From NCBI GenBank assembly GCA_029263055.1, contig JAJCYG010000036.1, positions 6,708 to 70,707 on the forward strand: a DNA stretch of 64,000 bases, given 5' to 3'. A program made the translations under genes and the position numbers. The notes under the pieces are model-generated. The model had not been told where the DNA came from, did no database searches, and worked only from the letters and a program-made list of their open reading frames with translations. The stretch is from Actinomycetes bacterium (GTDB lineage: Bacteria; Auribacterota; JAJCYG01). Shown one piece after another: positions 39,756 to 48,789 of the stretch (the stretch's first letter is position 1; the number at the start of each line of letters is the position of its first letter).

Positions 39756-40489
39756 TGGATATTCAACTTAAGCGACTCTCTTTTCAATATCATCCTAAAG
39801 GAGCTCATATTCTCAAAGATGTGAGTCTCAAAATAAAGTTTGGTGAATCCTTAGCCATTATTGGGCCGAGCGGAACCGGCAAAAGCACGCTTCTTAAAAT
39901 GATCAATGGTTTACTCCTTCCTCAAAAGGGGAGTGTTCTCTTAAACAAAGAACCTTTGCATCTGTCTCAAATCCATGCACTGCGACGAAGATTTGGTTAT
40001 GTGATGCAAGAGGCAGGACTCTTTCCTTTTTTAACGGTAGAAGAAAATATTACGTTTATGGCTCGCTTGGATGGGTGGGACCGCGAAGAGATAAAGAAGC
40101 GGCTTAATGAAGTGTTGGATTTGGTTGATCTTGCCGGGCGACCTCTTAGAAAAAGAATGCCTGATCAATTAAGTGGGGGGCAGCGCCAAAGAGTTTCAAT
40201 GGCGCGCGCGCTTTTTTATGATCCCCCTGTTCTTTTATTAGATGAGCCCTTTACCTATTTAGATTCTTTGGTGAGCGAAGAGCTGCTTCGTGAGTTTTTA
40301 AAAGTTAAAGAGCAATTGAACAAAACAATTATTTTAGTGACGCATGATTTAAGGCGAGCTTGCCGCTTGGCTGATCGTATTTGCCTGCTTTCAAATGGTG
40401 TGATTGAGCAAGACACTTCAGTGCAAAAATTTTTAACTTCACCTAAGTCACATCTAGCGAAGCTATTTGTGCAGACATTGGAAAAATGA
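39755..40489 (+). CDS. Osmoprotectant-type ABC transporter ATP-binding subunit
   Basis: GPSGTGKS, GYVMQEAGLFP, LSGGQRQR, LLLDEPF, VTHD. Confidence 0.9.
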   Translation: MDIQLKRLSFQYHPKGAHILKDVSLKIKFGESLAIIGPSGTGKSTLLKMINGLLLPQKGSVLLNKEPLHLSQIHALRRRFGYVMQEAGLFPFLTVEENITFMARLDGWDREEIKKRLNEVLDLVDLAGRPLRKRMPDQLSGGQRQRVSMARALFYDPPVLLLDEPFTYLDSLVSEELLREFLKVKEQLNKTIILVTHDLRRACRLADRICLLSNGVIEQDTSVQKFLTSPKSHLAKLFVQTLEK

Positions 40490-42021
40490 AAAGACTTTTA
40501 ATTTTTATTTTATTCTCTTTTGTTTTTCTTCTTCCAAATGCATGGGCTAAGGAGCCTATTCGTATAGGAAGCAAGCATTTTACAGAGAATTATCTTTTAG
40601 CTGAAATGATGTCACAGCTTTTAGAAGCACGAGGCTATTCTGTTGAAAGAGTGCAAGGATTGGGTGGCACCATGGTCTGTTTTGAAGCACTTCGTAATGG
40701 AGAGTTAGATGTTTATCCAGAATATACAGGAACTCTTTTAAAACAGATCCTTAAAATTAAGAATGAAAATAAGATGAGCTCTGTTTTAAAGGAGCGATAT
40801 GATTTAGAAATTCTCCCTGCTTTTGGATTTAATAATTCTTATGCGATTGCTTTAAACGAAGACTTGGCTGAAGAAAAGGGTTTAAAGAAAATCTCTGATT
40901 TGAAATATCAGTATAAGTTAAAAGGAGGGCTTTCATATGAGTTTCTCCGACGAGAAGATGGTTGGGAAGACTTGGCTGCAGCCTACAGGTTGAGTAACCG
41001 TGTTATGGGGATGGAACATGGTTTAGCTTATGAGGCGCTAAGACATGACCAAACCAACTTTACAGATGCTTACACCACTGATGCTAAAATTGAGCGATAT
41101 AATTTAAGGCTCTTAGAAGATGATCTGAACTTTTTCCCTATCTATAAAGCCGTTCCTTTTGTTCAATCAAACCTTCCTGAAAAAGTAAAATCGATCTTAT
41201 CTCTTTTTGAGAATCAAATCGATGAAGCCACTATGACTCGATTGAATGCTCAGGTAGAGATTAATAAATTTTCGTTTGCAGAAGTGGCGCGTACCTTTTT
41301 AAAAGAAAAGGGTTGGATTAAAAAGAAACTGATTCCAGTGAAACTAAGTGCTCAAAGTCCGATTGTTGTCGCGCCACAAGCAGAAAAAAAGAATAAGGCA
41401 AATGTTTCGCTTCTTAAAGAGTTGTCACAAAATTGTTTTGAACATCTTTTTATGGTTTTGGTGGCACTTTCTTTGGGAGTCGTGGTTGCCATTCCAATTG
41501 GAGTGCTTGCTTACCGAAATGAACAATGGGCTCACTTTATTCTTCCTTTAACAGGATTGCTGCAAACCATTCCTAGTATTGCTTTGTTGGCTTTAATGAT
41601 TCCACTCTTTGGTATTGGAATGTTACCTGCGATTGTGGCGCTCTTTCTTTATAGCTTGCTCCCGATTGTTCGCAATACCTATGTGGGGTTGAATGGAATT
41701 GAAGCGGTCTATAGAGATACAGCCCGTGCGTTAGGAATGACGCCTAAACAACGGTTATGGGAAGTGGAGCTGCGTTTAGCTTATCCTACTTTGCTAGCAG
41801 GAATCAAAACAGCCGCAATCATCAATATAGGCACAGCTACCTTAGCAGCATTTATTGGAGCAGGGGGCTTGGGTGAACCGATTGTGACGGGATTGGCATT
41901 AAACAATCACCAGCTTATCTTACAAGGCGCCATTCCAGCAGCAGTGCTTGCTATTGGAGTGGAGTTGCTTTTTCGATTATTTGATCCAAAAAAACAACTT
42001 AGTCTTGAACAGTCACTTTAA
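40486..42021 (+). CDS. Betaine/ergothioneine-type ABC transporter, fused substrate-binding domain (N) and permease (C)
   Basis: IGSKHFTE, YPEYTGT, FNNSY, FFPIY; permease motifs QTIPSIAL and IGAGGLG. Confidence 0.9.
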   Translation: MKRLLIFILFSFVFLLPNAWAKEPIRIGSKHFTENYLLAEMMSQLLEARGYSVERVQGLGGTMVCFEALRNGELDVYPEYTGTLLKQILKIKNENKMSSVLKERYDLEILPAFGFNNSYAIALNEDLAEEKGLKKISDLKYQYKLKGGLSYEFLRREDGWEDLAAAYRLSNRVMGMEHGLAYEALRHDQTNFTDAYTTDAKIERYNLRLLEDDLNFFPIYKAVPFVQSNLPEKVKSILSLFENQIDEATMTRLNAQVEINKFSFAEVARTFLKEKGWIKKKLIPVKLSAQSPIVVAPQAEKKNKANVSLLKELSQNCFEHLFMVLVALSLGVVVAIPIGVLAYRNEQWAHFILPLTGLLQTIPSIALLALMIPLFGIGMLPAIVALFLYSLLPIVRNTYVGLNGIEAVYRDTARALGMTPKQRLWEVELRLAYPTLLAGIKTAAIINIGTATLAAFIGAGGLGEPIVTGLALNNHQLILQGAIPAAVLAIGVELLFRLFDPKKQLSLEQSL

Positions 42022-42568
42022 TCATTTGGATTGTTTCTAAAGGCTTATCACTACCATCGCGTTGTGCTTTAGAAATAGCGTGAACCACATCCATCCCTTT
42101 AGTCACTTCACCAAAAATAGCATGACGGTTGTCTAACCAAGGAGTGGCTGCCACTGTGATAAAGAATTGGCTTCCGTTTGTGTTAGGCCCTGAATTGGCC
42201 ATGGAAAGCATTCCTTCTTTGCTATGTTTGAGGTTGGCTCCAAATTCATCTTCAAATTGATAGCCAGGGCCACCTGTGCCTGTTCCGGTAGGATCGCCTG
42301 TTTGAACCATAAAGTCTGGAATCACGCGGTGAAAGATAATCCCATCATAAAAACCTTTTTTAGTTAGAGTGACAAAGTTCTCAACGGTTTTAGGGGCATC
42401 TTTAGCAAAAAGTTCAATTTCAATGTTTCCAAGTGTTGTTTCAATTGTAGCTGTCATTTTTTCCTCTTTCTGAATAGGTGTTACCACAGAAGTGGTCGCT
42501 TGTTCTTTGGGAATGCATCCGAGAATAAATAATAAAAAAGCGAATATATAAAATTTCTTCTTGATCAT
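41999..42568 (-). CDS. Cyclophilin-type peptidyl-prolyl isomerase with lipoprotein signal
   Basis: FHRVIPDFMVQTGDP, SMANSGPNTNGSQFF; lipobox ILGC. Confidence 0.95.
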   Translation of the reverse strand: MIKKKFYIFAFLLFILGCIPKEQATTSVVTPIQKEEKMTATIETTLGNIEIELFAKDAPKTVENFVTLTKKGFYDGIIFHRVIPDFMVQTGDPTGTGTGGPGYQFEDEFGANLKHSKEGMLSMANSGPNTNGSQFFITVAATPWLDNRHAIFGEVTKGMDVVHAISKAQRDGSDKPLETIQMIKVTVQD

Positions 42569-42626
42569 GATGGGGATAATGTAGCTTAATTAAGCTTCAA
42601 ATTAAAGAAAAAAATAGGTTTAGTTG

Positions 42627-42687
42627 CGTCATCCTGAGCAAAGCGAAGGATCTTGGATAGATTCTTCGGCTTCGCCTCAGAATGACG
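42627..42687. repeat. GTCATCCTGAG...CTCAGAATGAC palindromic REP-like element
   Basis: CGTCATCCTGAGCAAAGCGAAGGATCT-TGGAT-AGATTCTTCGGCTTCGCCTCAGAATGACG forms a long imperfect hairpin; a partial copy lies at 54464-54491. Confidence 0.85.
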
Positions 42688-42718
42688 AATAAAAAGAAGA
42701 TAGCTAATGAGGTTTGGT

Positions 42719-43174
42719 ATGAATTATTGGTTAATGAAAAGTGAGCCGGCTGTCTATTCAATAGACCATCTTAAGAAGGAAAAGGTCACTTATTGGGATG
42801 GGGTGCGCAATTACCAGGCCCGTAATTTTATGCGGGATAAGATGAAAAAAGGGGATAAAGTCTTCTTTTATCATAGTAATGCAGAGCCACCTGGAATAGC
42901 AGGAATTGCAGAAGTTGAAAAAGAAGGGTATCCAGATCCGTCACAATTTGATAAAAAAAGTAAATACTTTGATCCAAAAAGTAAAAAAGAAAACCCTACC
43001 TGGATATTAGTCGATATAAAATATGTAAAGAAGTTTAAAGATTTGCTCTCTTTGGATCTGTTGCGATCTGTGAGTGGTTTAGATGAGATGTTGCTTTTAA
43101 AGAAAGGTCAGCGTTTGTCTATTCAGCCTGTGAGTAAAGAAGAGTGGAACGTTATTCAAAAAATTGCGGAGTAA
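42719..43174 (+). CDS. EVE domain protein (thymocyte nuclear protein 1-like)
   Basis: YWLMKSEP, WDGVRNYQARNFM, FFYHSN, RLSIQPV; GAGG SD before ATG 42719. Confidence 0.93.
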   Translation: MNYWLMKSEPAVYSIDHLKKEKVTYWDGVRNYQARNFMRDKMKKGDKVFFYHSNAEPPGIAGIAEVEKEGYPDPSQFDKKSKYFDPKSKKENPTWILVDIKYVKKFKDLLSLDLLRSVSGLDEMLLLKKGQRLSIQPVSKEEWNVIQKIAE

Positions 43175-43175
43175 A

Positions 43176-44009
43176 ATGCATAAAGATTCAAAAAAATTAC
43201 CTCATTTGATAAAGCTGCTTGATGATGATTCTGAGTTAGTTCAAAAAGCAATTGCTAAAGAACTGGCTGAGTATGGTCCTTGGCTTAATGCTGAGCTCTC
43301 TCTCTTAGATCAGCCATTAAGTGACAAACAAAAAAAGAGTGTGACCAACTTATTAAAAATACATAACCATATTCTTTTACAAGAAGAGTGGAAGAATTGG
43401 GATGAAATTTTTAATGAAAAAGAAAAGCTTGAAAGAGCGATGTCTTTGCTAGCCCAGTTTCAAAATGGGGTGACCTACCCGCGCTCCTTAAAACAAATTT
43501 TAGATACATTGGCCGAAGAGTTTATCTCAACACGTTCTGTGATTGACCCGTTTGAATTAGCTAACTTTTTGTTCATAGAAAAGGGGCTTAAAGGGGCAGA
43601 AAAAGACTATTATGACCCTTTAAATAGTAATTTGGTTTATGTGATCGAAAATAAAAGGGGTATTCCTATTAGCCTCGCTGTTATTTATATGCTGGTAGGC
43701 GATCGGGTTGGCTTGAACATTGAAGGTTGTAACTTTCCGGGCCATTTTTTAGCACGCGTTGAAGGAAAAGATGGTTATATTCTTGTTGACTGCTTTAATC
43801 AGGGACAGCTCTTGCATGAAAAAGTAATCACCAAAGTAGATGTGCAGCACTCTGAATCAACACGAGAAATTATACACACCCCAGCTACAGCCAATGTGAT
43901 TATGCGCCGATTTTTGCGCAACTTAATTGAAGCATATAAGCGAGAAGAAGATTTAGATACATGTGAAGTCTTTTTTGAACTTTATCATTCGATTGAAGAA
44001 GAGGATTAG
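43176..44009 (+). CDS. SirB1/transglutaminase-like protein
   Basis: YYDPLNS, RGIPISL, NFPGHFL, LRNL. Confidence 0.85.
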   Translation: MHKDSKKLPHLIKLLDDDSELVQKAIAKELAEYGPWLNAELSLLDQPLSDKQKKSVTNLLKIHNHILLQEEWKNWDEIFNEKEKLERAMSLLAQFQNGVTYPRSLKQILDTLAEEFISTRSVIDPFELANFLFIEKGLKGAEKDYYDPLNSNLVYVIENKRGIPISLAVIYMLVGDRVGLNIEGCNFPGHFLARVEGKDGYILVDCFNQGQLLHEKVITKVDVQHSESTREIIHTPATANVIMRRFLRNLIEAYKREEDLDTCEVFFELYHSIEEED

Positions 44010-44012
44010 GAA

Positions 44013-44366
44013 ATGGTTCAGTTTTTTGGTTATGACAAATGTGGGACATGCCGCAAAGCAAAAAAAGTTTTAGATGGTAAGAAAGTAAAGTATCAAGACA
44101 TTGATATAACTGAAAAACCACCCACTAAAAAATTACTTCAAACCATCTTAAAATCAGGCGAGTATTCGATTTCAGACCTATTTAATAAATCAGGTTTGCT
44201 TTACCGAGAATTTAAAATGAAAGATAAGATTAAAGTCTTAAAACAGACTGAGCTGGTTGATCTTTTAGCTAAGCATGGCAAGTTAGTGAAGCGTCCGATT
44301 ATTACCAATGGTAAAGAAGCGACTGTTGGTTTTGACGAAACCCGTATTAAGAAGCTGTGGCTGTAA
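44013..44366 (+). CDS. ArsC/Spx family protein
   Basis: CGTCRKA, FNKSG, LVKRPI, VGF. Confidence 0.9.
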   Translation: MVQFFGYDKCGTCRKAKKVLDGKKVKYQDIDITEKPPTKKLLQTILKSGEYSISDLFNKSGLLYREFKMKDKIKVLKQTELVDLLAKHGKLVKRPIITNGKEATVGFDETRIKKLWL

Positions 44367-44683
44367 TGGAGCCTTCCATTTCAGAAGTGACTATTGAAGA
44401 AGCTAAAAAGAAGTGGGAAGAAAAGACTGCTACGTTTTTAGATATTAGAGATCCTCAATCTTACGAAATTGCCCACATCCCTGAAGCCCACCATGTTGAT
44501 GAACAAAAAGCTAAAGAGATTATTAGTGAGTGGGATAAAAGCCAAGAGCTCATTGTTTATTGCTACCATGGCAATACAAGCTATGGCGTGGCGGGTTACT
44601 TTATTGAAAACGGTTTTATAAACGTTTCAAGCATGAGTGGCGGGTTTGAAGTTTGGAAAATTAGTTCCCCAATTACCCAATAA
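44366..44683 (+). CDS. glpE: Rhodanese, thiosulfate sulfurtransferase GlpE-like (start 44366)
   Basis: DIRDPQSY, HIPEA, active-site loop CYHGNTS, GGFEVW. Confidence 0.85.
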   Translation: MEPSISEVTIEEAKKKWEEKTATFLDIRDPQSYEIAHIPEAHHVDEQKAKEIISEWDKSQELIVYCYHGNTSYGVAGYFIENGFINVSSMSGGFEVWKISSPITQ

Positions 44684-44689
44684 ATAAAT

Positions 44690-45034
44690 TTATACTGTGA
44701 CTGATTCTGTTGGCGGAAACGTAGTTGTTTCTAATTCTGATTTGTATGGGAATTGGTTTGGGGAAGAAGTTTGGTAGGCATTGAGTTCAATGTCTTCCGC
44801 AGGGCCTTCTTTTAAAAATTTGTGAACAATGTAGACAAACATTGCTTTTTTCAACACATCGATTTCTTCTAAATCCCATTGTCCGATCAAGGTGTCTGAA
44901 ATACGGATGTTGTAATCAATCTCTTCAGAGGTTTCTTGGTTTTTAAATTTGTAAGTAAAGCGTTCAAAACCTGGTTTGTAAGGATGTTGAATTAGTTCTA
45001 AATAGTTAAATTGGGCACTCATGTTTGTCTCCAT
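44690..45034 (-). CDS. Hypothetical protein
   Basis: 114-aa ORF filling the gap; no recognised motif. Confidence 0.55.
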   Translation of the reverse strand: METNMSAQFNYLELIQHPYKPGFERFTYKFKNQETSEEIDYNIRISDTLIGQWDLEEIDVLKKAMFVYIVHKFLKEGPAEDIELNAYQTSSPNQFPYKSELETTTFPPTESVTV

Positions 45035-45093
45035 CTAAATCAAAAGTAATAGTTTAAGATCAGTATCTTACCATACTTATTCATAGAAGAAAA

Positions 45094-46374
45094 ATGCTTA
45101 AACTCAGGTCAAGATTTGTGTATCATAGCCAAATGACTAAAGGGATTCTCTCTTATCAGGATGTGCGCCAGCAAACAGTGGCACTCTGTGCTTCGCTTAA
45201 AACAGAAGATTTTTGTGCTCAAAGTATGCCTGATGTCAGTCCCACTAAATGGCATTTAGCCCACACCACTTGGTTTTTTGAAACCTTTATTTTATCTAAA
45301 GCAATGGCACGTTACCGCTCTTACAATGACTGCTTTAAATATCTTTTTAATTCTTATTATAATGGAATTGGAGAGCAGTTTCCTCGTGAAAGCCGCGGTC
45401 TTTTGTCGCGTCCAACCGTTGAAGAGGTGCTTGATTATCGTAAAAAGATTGATCAGCAAATGGTTGCACTTCTACGTAATAAGAAACAGAAAGAGAAGTG
45501 GAATTATTTTGTGCAATTAGGATTGCATCATGAGCAGCAGCATCAAGAATTAATCATAACGGATATTAAGCATGTTTTTTCTTTAAATCCACTCCAACCT
45601 GTTTACAAAAAGAAGGCCCCAAAAAGAAATGTTTCTGTAGGAAAAATGAACTGGGTTCGTTTTAATGAAGAAGAAACATTATTGGGGCATGAGGGTGTGG
45701 GGTTTCATTTTGATAATGAAGGGCCTTTGCATCGTGCGACGTTAATCCCTTTTCAGATTGCGAATCGCTTGGTTACTAATGGAGAATACCTTAAGTTTAT
45801 CGAGGCAGGTGGTTACAAAAAGTCTCAGTATTGGCTTTCTAAAGGTTGGGAAGTGGTGCAAAGAGAAAAGTGGAATGCTCCTCTTTATTGGAAAAAAGAG
45901 GGGAAAGAGTGGTTTGTGATGACGCTGACAGGCATTAAAAAAGTAAATACAAGTGAGCCAGTCTGCCATGTCAGTTATTATGAAGCCGATGCGTTTGCCA
46001 GTTGGATGAATGCGCGATTGCCTTCTGAAGCAGAGTGGGAGCGTGCTTCGCAAGAGGTTTCGCTAAAAGGAAATTTTGTGCAGAAAAAAAGTTTTCATCC
46101 TCAACCCGTTGAAAAAAAGAATCAACAGGTTTTGGATCAACTTTTTGGAGATGTGTGGGAGTGGACACGTTCGCCTTATGTTCCTTATCCTGGTTATGTG
46201 GCTTCTAAAACAGCTGTTGGAGAATACAATGGCAAGTTTATGTGTAACCAAATGGTGTTGCGCGGTGGATCGTGTGCAACCTCTCAAGATCACATCCGTT
46301 CAACATACCGAAACTTTTTTTATCCAGAAGATCGCTGGCAGTTTAGCGGGATTCGATTGGCAAAGGACTTATGA
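45094..46374 (+). CDS. egtB: Ergothioneine sulfoxide synthase EgtB (start may be ATG 45133)
   Basis: SPTKWHLAHTTWFFE, FNSYY, HEQQHQEL iron ligands, FGE-sulfatase domain, EYNGKFM, YRNFF. Confidence 0.93.
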   Translation: MLKLRSRFVYHSQMTKGILSYQDVRQQTVALCASLKTEDFCAQSMPDVSPTKWHLAHTTWFFETFILSKAMARYRSYNDCFKYLFNSYYNGIGEQFPRESRGLLSRPTVEEVLDYRKKIDQQMVALLRNKKQKEKWNYFVQLGLHHEQQHQELIITDIKHVFSLNPLQPVYKKKAPKRNVSVGKMNWVRFNEEETLLGHEGVGFHFDNEGPLHRATLIPFQIANRLVTNGEYLKFIEAGGYKKSQYWLSKGWEVVQREKWNAPLYWKKEGKEWFVMTLTGIKKVNTSEPVCHVSYYEADAFASWMNARLPSEAEWERASQEVSLKGNFVQKKSFHPQPVEKKNQQVLDQLFGDVWEWTRSPYVPYPGYVASKTAVGEYNGKFMCNQMVLRGGSCATSQDHIRSTYRNFFYPEDRWQFSGIRLAKDL

Positions 46375-47291
46375 GTTTTAAAGAAGATGTGGTTACAGGA
46401 TTAGAAAAAGAGCGAAAAGAATTATCGCCCAAATATTTCTATGATCAAAAAGGGTCGCAGCTGTTTGACCAGATTTGCGATTTAGAAGAGTATTATGTCA
46501 CTCGAACTGAATTGGAGATTATGGAGCAGAGTCTTCCTGAGATTGTTGATTTTTTAGGGGAAGAGAGCTTGTTGATTGAGTATGGTAGCGGAAGTAGTGT
46601 AAAAACACGGATGCTGCTCGATGAACTGAAAAAACCTGCTGCTTATATCCCGGTTGATATTTCTCATAAACATTTACAGCAGACAGCTGAAACATTGTCT
46701 CAGAGCTATCCTGATTTAGAGGTGAACCCGGTTGCAGCTGATTTTACCAAGCCATTTTCATTGCCTGAATGTTCTCAAGCCCACGCCAAAAAAGTGATCT
46801 ACTTTCCTGGGTCAACGATAGGCAATTTTAGCCCGACTCAAGCAGAAACAATTCTAAAAGAGATGGCTCATTTGTGTGAGCCTGAAGGAGATCTTTTGAT
46901 CGGCGTTGACTTAAAAAAAGACCGGTCTATTTTAGAATCTGCCTACAATGATTCAAAAGGGGTGACTGAAGCATTTAATCTAAATCTTTTAGAGCGGATC
47001 AATAATGAATTAGGGGCTAACTTTCAATTAGATCAATTTCAGCATCAAGCCATTTATAATGAAAAACAGTGCCGCATTGAAATGCACTTAGTGAGCCAAA
47101 AAGAGCAGGAAGTCTTGATTGAAGAGACACTGATTCGATTTGAACAAAATGAAACTATTTGTACGGAGCATTCATACAAATACTCCATTGAAGAGTTTGA
47201 GCAACTAGCGCAAAAAGCATCCTTTCAATTAAAGAAAGTCTGGACCGATGCCAACCAGCTTTTTAGCCTCCAATATTTGAGCCTAACATGA
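46371..47291 (+). CDS. egtD: Histidine N-alpha-trimethyltransferase EgtD
   Basis: PKYFYD, EYYVTRTE, EYGSGS, GSTIGN, AYND, RIEMHL, TEHSYKY. Confidence 0.95.
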   Translation: MSFKEDVVTGLEKERKELSPKYFYDQKGSQLFDQICDLEEYYVTRTELEIMEQSLPEIVDFLGEESLLIEYGSGSSVKTRMLLDELKKPAAYIPVDISHKHLQQTAETLSQSYPDLEVNPVAADFTKPFSLPECSQAHAKKVIYFPGSTIGNFSPTQAETILKEMAHLCEPEGDLLIGVDLKKDRSILESAYNDSKGVTEAFNLNLLERINNELGANFQLDQFQHQAIYNEKQCRIEMHLVSQKEQEVLIEETLIRFEQNETICTEHSYKYSIEEFEQLAQKASFQLKKVWTDANQLFSLQYLSLT

Positions 47292-47410
47292 AAAAAGCCC
47301 TCCTCCTTTTAGCGCTGCTTTTTTTAACGGGCTGCGCTTCTAGTTTAACCAATCAAGATGACAATTTTGAGGTCCGTGAAGAGGGCGCCGGGTTCTTTTT
47401 TGGCTTCTAG
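47288..47410 (+). CDS. Unannotated 40-aa lipoprotein MKKALLLLALLFLTGCASSLTNQDDNFEVREEGAGFFFGF
   Basis: Manual translation; ATGA overlap with the egtD stop; signal peptide with LTGC lipobox. Confidence 0.7.
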   Translation: MKKALLLLALLFLTGCASSLTNQDDNFEVREEGAGFFFGF

Positions 47411-47530
47411 TCTGACAAATTTGTACATCCTCTTGCAGAAATGTTCCTAACCTAAAATTCCAACATAGATTGTAAGTCACTCAATATAAGCTAATTATAA
47501 CCTTATCTATTTAAACTCTTTTCCTCTCAA

Positions 47531-48721
47531 ATGGCTCTTTTTGCGGTATGGAAGTTGCATATTAATGGGGTAGGGGGAAATATGGAACAAAATTTAAAAT
47601 GCTTAGTTGTGGATGATGAAAAGAGCAACTTAGATGCATTTTTGACTGTTTTTGGAGATGACTTTGATTTGGTGCCAGCCCTGAGTGGACGTGAAGCACT
47701 CACTATTTTAGATGAAGATCAATCGATTGCTGTGGTGGTTTCAGATCAACGCATGGATGAAATGACAGGTGTGGAATTGCTTGAAGAGGTAAAGAAAAAA
47801 TACCCTGAAATTGTGCGCATTGTTTTAACGGGATACAGTGATTACCAGGTTTCGATTGATGCGATTAATAAGGGGGATGTTTTTCGTTATCTGCATAAGC
47901 CAATTGATATGGACGAAACAACCAATGCCATTGAAGAAGGTCTTAAAAAATATAAAAAATCAGTTGAAGAAAAAAAGAGCATTGAAGATACCAAAGAACA
48001 AATCCGAAAACGTTTTTTAGAAATTAATGAATCGCTTGGGGCTGGCATTGCCCATTACGTGAACAATGGACTTGTTCCGGCTAAAACGTTCTTAACATTT
48101 CTTCCAGAAAAAGCAAAAGAACTTAAAGAAGGAAATTACGACTCAACCTATTTTGAAAACTTTTTAGAAGAAGCGGTTAAAAACATTGAAGGGATTGAAG
48201 GTTTAACTGAGTCGTTGTTATGGGCGCACAATGCGCAAATAGAAGGTTTTGAGAGTGTGCCTGTTTCAGATGTTTTTGACTTAGAAGCCTCTGAATTTAA
48301 GGATCTTTTATCAAAAAAGAATTTAAAAATTAATAGTGAAATGGAAAGAGATCTTCCTTCTCTTTTTGTCGATAAAATAAAAGTAAAAGAGATGTTTGTG
48401 CTTTTATTAAAATTTTGTGCAGTAGCCTCTTCAGAAGGACAATCCATTGAAATAAGAGCGTCAAAAACCACAGATCAACCGGATGTTTCTTCCGTCCGTT
48501 TTGAAATCGGCTATCATGGAAAGGGGTATGCCCCTAAAGACATTCCTCGTATTTTTGACCCTTTTTACAAGTTTGACGAACAGCTCAATACCGAGGTCAA
48601 AGGGCTCGAACTAACCAACTGCTATATCACCTCGCTCAAACATGGTTTTGAGCTTAAAGTCGAGAGTGACCCGGGTAAAGAGACTGCTTTTATCGTGGAT
48701 CTCCCGTTTCTTGTCTCTTAA
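47531..48721 (+). CDS. Response regulator with degenerate HisKA/HATPase output domain (PhcQ/PhcR-like); likely start ATG 47582
   Basis: VVDDE, SDQRM, LTGY, AINKG..FRYLHKP; atypical H-box AGIAHYVNNGLVPAKTF; degenerate N and G boxes. Confidence 0.8.
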   Translation: MALFAVWKLHINGVGGNMEQNLKCLVVDDEKSNLDAFLTVFGDDFDLVPALSGREALTILDEDQSIAVVVSDQRMDEMTGVELLEEVKKKYPEIVRIVLTGYSDYQVSIDAINKGDVFRYLHKPIDMDETTNAIEEGLKKYKKSVEEKKSIEDTKEQIRKRFLEINESLGAGIAHYVNNGLVPAKTFLTFLPEKAKELKEGNYDSTYFENFLEEAVKNIEGIEGLTESLLWAHNAQIEGFESVPVSDVFDLEASEFKDLLSKKNLKINSEMERDLPSLFVDKIKVKEMFVLLLKFCAVASSEGQSIEIRASKTTDQPDVSSVRFEIGYHGKGYAPKDIPRIFDPFYKFDEQLNTEVKGLELTNCYITSLKHGFELKVESDPGKETAFIVDLPFLVS

Positions 48722-48789
48722 GCCTCCTCTCTTTTCTTGACGTCTAACCCCTCTCTGCTATACACTCTAAAGTTCTGAATGGGAAGGCT

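Noticed and set aside
42627..42687. tRNA or intrinsic terminator
   Set aside because: No cloverleaf; lies between divergent genes; no U-tract; matches a dispersed palindromic repeat.
45094..46374. Selenoneine (SenA) or ovothiol (OvoA) assignment
   Set aside because: No senB/selD neighbours and no C-terminal methyltransferase; adjacency to egtD supports EgtB.
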